From assembly GCA_964016885.1 (NCBI GenBank), contig OZ024763.1, positions 6,696,001 to 6,760,000 of the forward strand: a stretch of 64,000 bases of DNA, written 5' to 3'. This stretch comes from Eledone cirrhosa (lineage: Eukaryota). The position numbers and the translations under genes are program-made. The notes under the pieces were generated by a model that was not told where the DNA came from, searched no databases, and saw nothing but the letters and a program-made list of their open reading frames with translations. This document shows, piece by piece, positions 57,488 to 64,000 of the stretch (position 1 is the stretch's first letter; every line of letters begins with the position of its first letter).

Positions 57488-58150
57488 TATCATCATCATC
57501 ATCATCATCACCGTTTTACGTCCGTTCTTCCACGCTAGCATGGGTTAGACGGGTTGTCCTGTTGTGGGCAGTGTCTGGTCGGCTGACCATGCCTTGCTCA
57601 TACAGGAACTGATCTGGCTTGATTTCTACAGCTGGATGCCCTTCCTAACACCAACCTCATTTACAGTGAGTGCTGGGTGCTTTTTCGTGGCGCCTACACG
57701 TCCACTTTACAGTGTGGGCTGGGTGCTTTTTTGCCGTGGCACCTCCACGACCACCTTGCGGTGGGGGGGGGGGCATATTGTTTATATGCTTCAGCATGTA
57801 CCCATGGGAGGTCGGGTACCCTGTATTACTGCGTGACGCCAGAAGTCACGGTCGTGTGTCATTGACTTTGAGAGGTGTAGTTGGGTAAGGTCGGCTTTTA
57901 TCACCTCATCCCAAGTCATCTTGGGTCTCCCCACTCCGCGGTTTCCATCAACTTCTAGTGCTCTGCACCTTTTTATGCAGCTGTCATCCTTCATACGCAT
58001 CACATGTCCATACCAGCGTAACCGCCTCTCCTGCACGCAGCATTTGATTCCTCTTATGCTCAGTCTCTCTCTCAATTCATTTATGCTTTGTCGTTCACGT
58101 ATATTACTGTTACACATCCATCGGAGCATGCAGGCTTCGTTTCTCTCTAA
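57488..58150 (-). mobile_element. RTE-clade LINE 3' fragment plus a 3' tail shared with SINE family 2
   Basis: Frame ERRLRWYGHVMRM...RGVGRPKMTWDEVIKADL...DRDFWR; downstream aggaagggcatccagctgtagaaa...ggacgtaaaacggtga(tga)n. Confidence 0.85.
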
Positions 58151-58161
58151 TATACATGCAT

Positions 58162-58197
<36 letters not shown>

Positions 58198-58261
58198 TAA
58201 AAACATACACACAAACCTACACACATACATACATACATACATACATGTACACATACATAAT

Positions 58262-59815
58262 TAGCTCAGAGGAGGACAGAAATATGAATCCAACCCATAA
58301 TTTCTTTCTGGATGACCTGAAACATAAATCGGGATGAAGAAAAATCTTGACCTGGTTACGACGTTCGCAAAGGATATAGGAATGGAGTTTGGCCAGGATA
58401 AATGTTCATATATGACTGTAAAGCAGGGAAAAAGCTACAACCCAATCTAGCAACATTGTCATCAATAGCCTAACTGTTTCACCGATATCTAATTAGGACT
58501 GCCACAGATAGATGAGAATATATATAACGGTATTTGTAATAAAGAATGCATAACCAGGGAATATTACACCCGATTAAGAAAAATATGGTCATCGGAACTC
58601 TCTGCGCACAATAAAACTGGCTCACAATGTGTTTGCTGTGCCTGTCCTAACACCAAATTTAGGGATACTTGATTGGATGATAGACAAAATCTGAGGTATT
58701 GATGGTAAAACCCGAAAAATACTAAACAACACTGGAAACTTCCACATCAACAGTGACATAGACTGCCTCTACATGAAACATTAGCAGGGAGGTAGGGGCC
58801 TAACATCAGTCCAGACAGCATTTGAATGTCGTATCATATCCCTCCGACAACATCTATGAACCTCGAAGCGTAGGAGTCCGTCTCTCGAGCAAGTCTATCT
58901 GCACGGGATAGATAAGATCATGAGAGTTGGGAAGGAACTCCTTGAAAAATATTCCCTGTGTGATAATCAAAAACTCACACCCAGGGAAGTTGCTCAGCAG
59001 TACCGCAGTGAATCCATGGATGAAAAACTGCATGCTTATCAGCAAAAAATCATGCATGGGTATGTTTCCAGGATATGTTTCTATCCCGGACCAACAACCA
59101 CTATATTGGCTCCCATTTTGAAGGATATGCTTTTGCAATCCAAGAACAGGAAATCAACACAAAATACCTGATTCACAAAAGAGATAGGGATGCAGGCAAA
59201 ACACCTAGATGTGACAATAAATGCAGACTCTGCAGAATTAACATTGAAGATATCACCCATGTCATAAGCAGCTGTCCAAAGATGTCATCGTGGTACTATC
59301 TACCTATGAGGCATGATGTAGTGGCCAAAACACTGTACAAGGCAATCCGTAGAAAAGATAGCGCCGACAATAAACATATTAAAAGTTACAGCAATGTGCA
59401 AGACATACATATTTATTATATGAAAGATTAGTGGGGGAATGTTCCACTCAAAACCCTAATAAAATGCAAGTATAACAGACCAGATATTATGATATGGGAC
59501 AGGGAGAAGAAAACATGCACATCAGTGGAAGTTAGCTGCCCAGCAGATGCCAATATAACATCAAAGATTAGTGAAAAGGAGAATATTTATGCAGAACTGA
59601 TGAGAAATCTGCAGATACTCCACCCCGATTACACCTTCAGATTTATGCCTATGATTATTGGGTCACTGGGGTATGTTAGTAACTGCCTCAATACAAATCT
59701 TGAGAAGCTGGGCTTCACAGGAACAGGAAGAACACAACTAGTTAGGAAATTACAGGTACAATCCATTAATGGAACAGTAAAAATATGTAAAACATTCCAA
59801 ACATTCTGCATCTAA
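58262..59815 (+). pseudogene. Decayed R4/Dong-like non-LTR retrotransposon (RT C-terminal part, CCHC knuckle, restriction-like endonuclease)
   Basis: HNFFLDDLK (RT catalytic motif), GGRGL, AIQEQEI, CRLCRINIEDITHVISSC, RHDVVAK, NRPDIMIWDREKK..VEVSCP; multiple stops and frameshifts. Confidence 0.88.
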
Positions 59816-60126
59816 TAACTGCATACACACATGTACAGATACAAAGCATATACACATGCACACATACATCTCAAAACATACACATCCACACATACAATAA
59901 CATCCATAGCTGCATACACATACACATCCACACATACAATAACATCCATAGCTGCACATACATACACATCCACACATACAATAACATCCATAGCTGCACA
60001 CACATACATGCAGACATACATATCTACCTAGTTGATGTGTAAATTCCAATGAGAGAGTCTTGTGTCTATGTTAGGAACTGACTCTCTTTCGCGGTAAAAA
60101 TTTGTGAAATTATAAAACCAAAAGAA

Positions 60127-60203
<77 letters not shown>

Positions 60204-60244
60204 ATACATACATATGTACATACATATATAGGTACATACATATA

Positions 60245-60722
60245 TCATCATCATCATCATCGTTTAACGTCTATCTTCCACGCTAGCATGGGTTTAGACG
60301 GGAATTGTCCCACTTGAGGCAAGATTGGTTGTCTCGCTCGTATAGGACTGTCTATATATATATACACATATGTACACATAAATACATTCATATAGATACA
60401 TACATATATAGGTACATACATACATATATACATACATACATATATACATACATACATGTACACATACATACACACATATATACATGTACACATACGTACA
60501 TACGTACATACTTACATACATATAAACATACATACATGGTGGTGATTGTGGTGGATGATGATGATGCTGATGATGATGATGTACCATGTGACTTATATGT
60601 TGGTAACATTTTGGTAAAGGTCATTCAATGGTGACCTTTTGTTCTAAAGAAACAGGCTTATAGCTCTGTAAGAAATATTTCATTACACACACACATACAT
60701 ATACATATATATATACATACAT

Positions 60723-60755
<33 letters not shown>

Positions 60756-61007
60756 CACACTCACACATGCACATATATATATATATGTATATCATCATTT
60801 ACCGTCCATCTTGCACGCTAATTGTCCCACTTGAGGCAAGAGTGATTGGGTGACCGTGTCTCGCTTGTATAGAACTGTTTCTGGCAGGTTTTCTATGGCT
60901 GGATGCCCTTCCTAACACCAACCTCATTTACAGTGAGTACTGGGTGCCTTTTAACATGATACCTACCAATCATATTACAGTGGACTGGGTGCTTTTTACC
61001 GTGTCAC
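60245..61007 (-). mobile_element. Fragments of SINE family 2 / RTE tail (60245-60350, 60790-61007)
   Basis: catcatcgtttaacgtc..ttccacgctagcatggg; ggctggatgcccttcctaacaccaacc. Confidence 0.7.
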
Positions 61008-61582
61008 TATGTATATAATTATTGATGTAGGTGTTGCCGAAGCCCTAAATTTCGGAGTATTCCATCTTCCCCGAGGGTCCGGGTAACTATTTCAATCATA
61101 TCTCATTTTATTTGACCCGTTTAGCTTGTTCACTTTTTTGGCTATGGTGGCTATGGCTTCTTAACCATCGTCTCAGCGTGTATGACCATTTTAACTTATG
61201 TTTATAGCTCTGCTATCCTCTTCATATGCATGGAGCGCTTGTCTGCACAATATTGAAGTTGCGTTTCGCTAATTTCTACCCGCCGAAATGCGATTCTCGC
61301 TAAATTATATCTCTCTCTCTATATATATATATATCTATATATATATATATATATAAATTAATATGTATGTGATGAAACACAGATACCAACACATCTGTAT
61401 ATATATTGCAAAAGAAAAATTTAGCCAGATTGAAGTATACTAATTATTATACTACAGTTTGTCCATATCGATTTAAAATAATAAATCAATGAAGACGAAC
61501 TGTATTGCCAAGAGGCTGTGATGTTTAGACACATTTAAATTTCAAAATCAAACCTGTTCCGTAGATAAGTTTAAACTTTAAG

Positions 61583-61644
61583 ATCCAAATATGTTTCGAG
61601 TTAAATAAGTGTAGGAATATCATGTCCTGCTCTCCTCAGTAAAT
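61583..61644 (-). ncRNA. Possible degenerate hammerhead
   Basis: AUUUA-CUGAGGA-GAG...CUC-GAAAC-AU-AUU/UGGAU; stem III mismatch and weak stem I. Confidence 0.35.
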
Positions 61645-62099
61645 ATCCATATATATATATATACACAAAGTGTTAAAACGATCAAATTTTAGTTTAAACA
61701 TTATTTGCTGACAATTGTTTCTTCCAGAGGGAAGTCTGGAATCATCGGAGCTTAAGGAATGTCGAAACATGTAACCGGTAGCCGGCTAGTACTTAATACT
61801 ACCCTACATATTTATAGTTATATCAAACATATATAAATATAAATATTCTTATTACTATATATATATATATGTGTGTGTGTGAGTGTTTGTGAATGTCCAT
61901 ATATATATGTGTGCGTGTGTGTGTATATATATCTGTGTGTGTGTGTGTTTATATATATGTGTGTGTGTGTATATATATATCTGTGTGCGTGTGTGTGTAT
62001 ATATATCTGTGTGTGTGTGTGTATATATATCTGTGTGTATATATATATATATATCTGTGTGTAATTATATATACAATTTTATCTTCTGTCTATTTTCAG

Positions 62100-62329
62100 C
62101 TCTCTTTGGAGTTCTCTTCATGGATCGACAAGAGGCAGCATTTGCCTCATACCGCATGTTTCATGCTACAGGCTGTGCTATTGCCTTTGGTTACAGTTAC
62201 TTCCTGTGCGTGGTCACCAAGGTGTACATCCTGGCAGTTGCAATGGGCATCTCACTGCTGGCCTACGGCATCATTGAGTTACGGCTTAGACTACAACAGC
62301 AGGACATAAAAGATATTGTAGCGCTGTAG
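62100..62329 (+). CDS. unc93: UNC-93-like protein, final coding exon
   Basis: Acceptor ttttcag|CT completes phase 1 (T-LFGVLF); QEAAFASYRMFHATGCAIAFGYSYFLC is a typical UNC-93 C-terminus; TAG at 62327-62329. Confidence 0.93.
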
Positions 62330-62362
62330 TGACAGAGAACTGGTCTCAGGTGGACGGTGGCT

Positions 62363-63140
62363 GGACAGGTCAACAGATTGACAGATGGACTGATGGTTGG
62401 TTGGACAGGTCAACAGATTGACAGATGGACTGATGGTTGGTTGAACAGGTCAACAGATTGACAGATGGACTGATGGTTGGTTGGACAGGTCAACAGATTG
62501 ACAGATGGACTGATGGTTGGTTGGACAGGTCAACAGATTGACAGATGGACTGATGGTTGGTTGGACAGGTCAACAGATTGACAGATGGACTGATGGTTGG
62601 TTGAACAGGTCAACAGATTGACAGATGGACTGATGGTTGGTTGGACAGGTCAACAGATTGACAGATGGACTGATGGTTGGTTGAACAGGTCAACAGATTG
62701 ACAGATGGACTGATGGTTGGCTGGACAGGTCAACAGATTGACAGATGGACTGATGGTTGGTTGAACAGGTCAACAGATTGACAGATGGACTGATGGTTGG
62801 TTGGACAGGTCAACAGATTGACAGATGGACTGATGGTTGGTTGAACAGGTCAACAGATTGACAGATGGACTGATGGTTGGTTGAACAGGTCAACAGATTG
62901 ACAGATGGACTGATGGATGGCTGGTTAGACAGGTCAACAGATTGACGGATGGACTGATGGATGGATGGATGGCTGGTTGGACAGGTCAACCGATTGACAG
63001 ATAGATGGATGGACTGATGGATGGTTGGTTGGACAGGTCAACAGATTGACAGATGGATGGATGGTTGGTTGGACAAGTCAACATATTGACGGATGGACTG
63101 ATGGATGGTTGGTTGGGCAGGTCAACAGATTGACAGATAG
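62363..63140 (+). repeat. 40-bp minisatellite just after the stop codon (~14 regular plus several degenerate copies)
   Basis: Unit ggacaggtcaacagattgacagatggactgatggttggtt. Confidence 0.95.
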
Positions 63141-63325
63141 ATGGATGGACAGATAGCAAAGCAGCTAGACAGATGGTCATACAGATAGCTAGTGTGACAG
63201 AATCTGACCACTGATAGTTTGACAGATGGAGGAATAGATAGACAGATAGAGAAGAAGACATGTTGACAGAGAGAGAGAGACATAGATAGAGTGACCAACA
63301 CATACAGACAGAGTGACAGAGAGAG

Positions 63326-63366
<41 letters not shown>

Positions 63367-63569
63367 CACAGACAGATAAACATTACTTTCACTTTCACAA
63401 CCCATCACACTACTGCCAAGTGATCACCACGACAACCACCACCGCCACCACCACCTCCAACAGTCATTACAATCCACCACCCCCACACACACACTTACAC
63501 TCATCTCCTCTATCATCAACCATCATCTATGAATGTGTCGGTGTGTCTGTATGTATATATGTGTGTGTG

Positions 63570-63633
<64 letters not shown>

Positions 63634-63789
63634 CATATACATATGTATATATTTATATATATATACATATACATATGTATATATTTATATATATATACAT
63701 ATATATATATATATTTATATATATACATACATATATATATACATATATATATATATATTTATATACATATATATATTTATAAATATAAT

Positions 63790-63833
<44 letters not shown>

Positions 63834-63877
63834 TTTATATACATATATATATTTATAAATATATTTATATATATATA

Positions 63878-63917
<40 letters not shown>

Positions 63918-64000
63918 TATATATATATACATATATATATATATTTATTAATAAATGTTTGCTCTAGGGTTCTTATATATTTGATATATATTTATCCTAA

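Overview
Eukaryotic genomic DNA that is AT-rich and saturated with microsatellites. The SINE families and repeat landscape suggest an octopus or other coleoid cephalopod (inference). There is one protein-coding gene: a three-exon UNC-93-like MFS membrane protein on the + strand (36619-38361, 51664-51931, 62100-62329; 746 aa) with a His/Thr/Asn-rich N-terminus. The rest is micro/minisatellites, tRNA-derived SINEs, decayed LINE fragments (R4/Dong-like, RTE-like, Tx1/L1-like) and a hAT-type MITE. The most striking feature is a 5.6-kb array of a near-identical 310-bp unit (2091-7735): 10 copies in one orientation, then 8 plus a partial copy inverted. Each unit carries a type I hammerhead ribozyme (HHR) fold inside a highly structured, non-coding monomer, which fits a retrozyme / circular-RNA-derived insertion. 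About a dozen more HHR motifs from several short Penelope-like repeat families are scattered through the window. Many sit in tail-out inverted pairs anchored in (TA)n, several share an unusual U.U at the base of stem II, and some lie in sense orientation in intron 1 of the gene. All folds were assigned by eye and none has been tested. Almost all ORFs in the supplied track are microsatellite translation artefacts.
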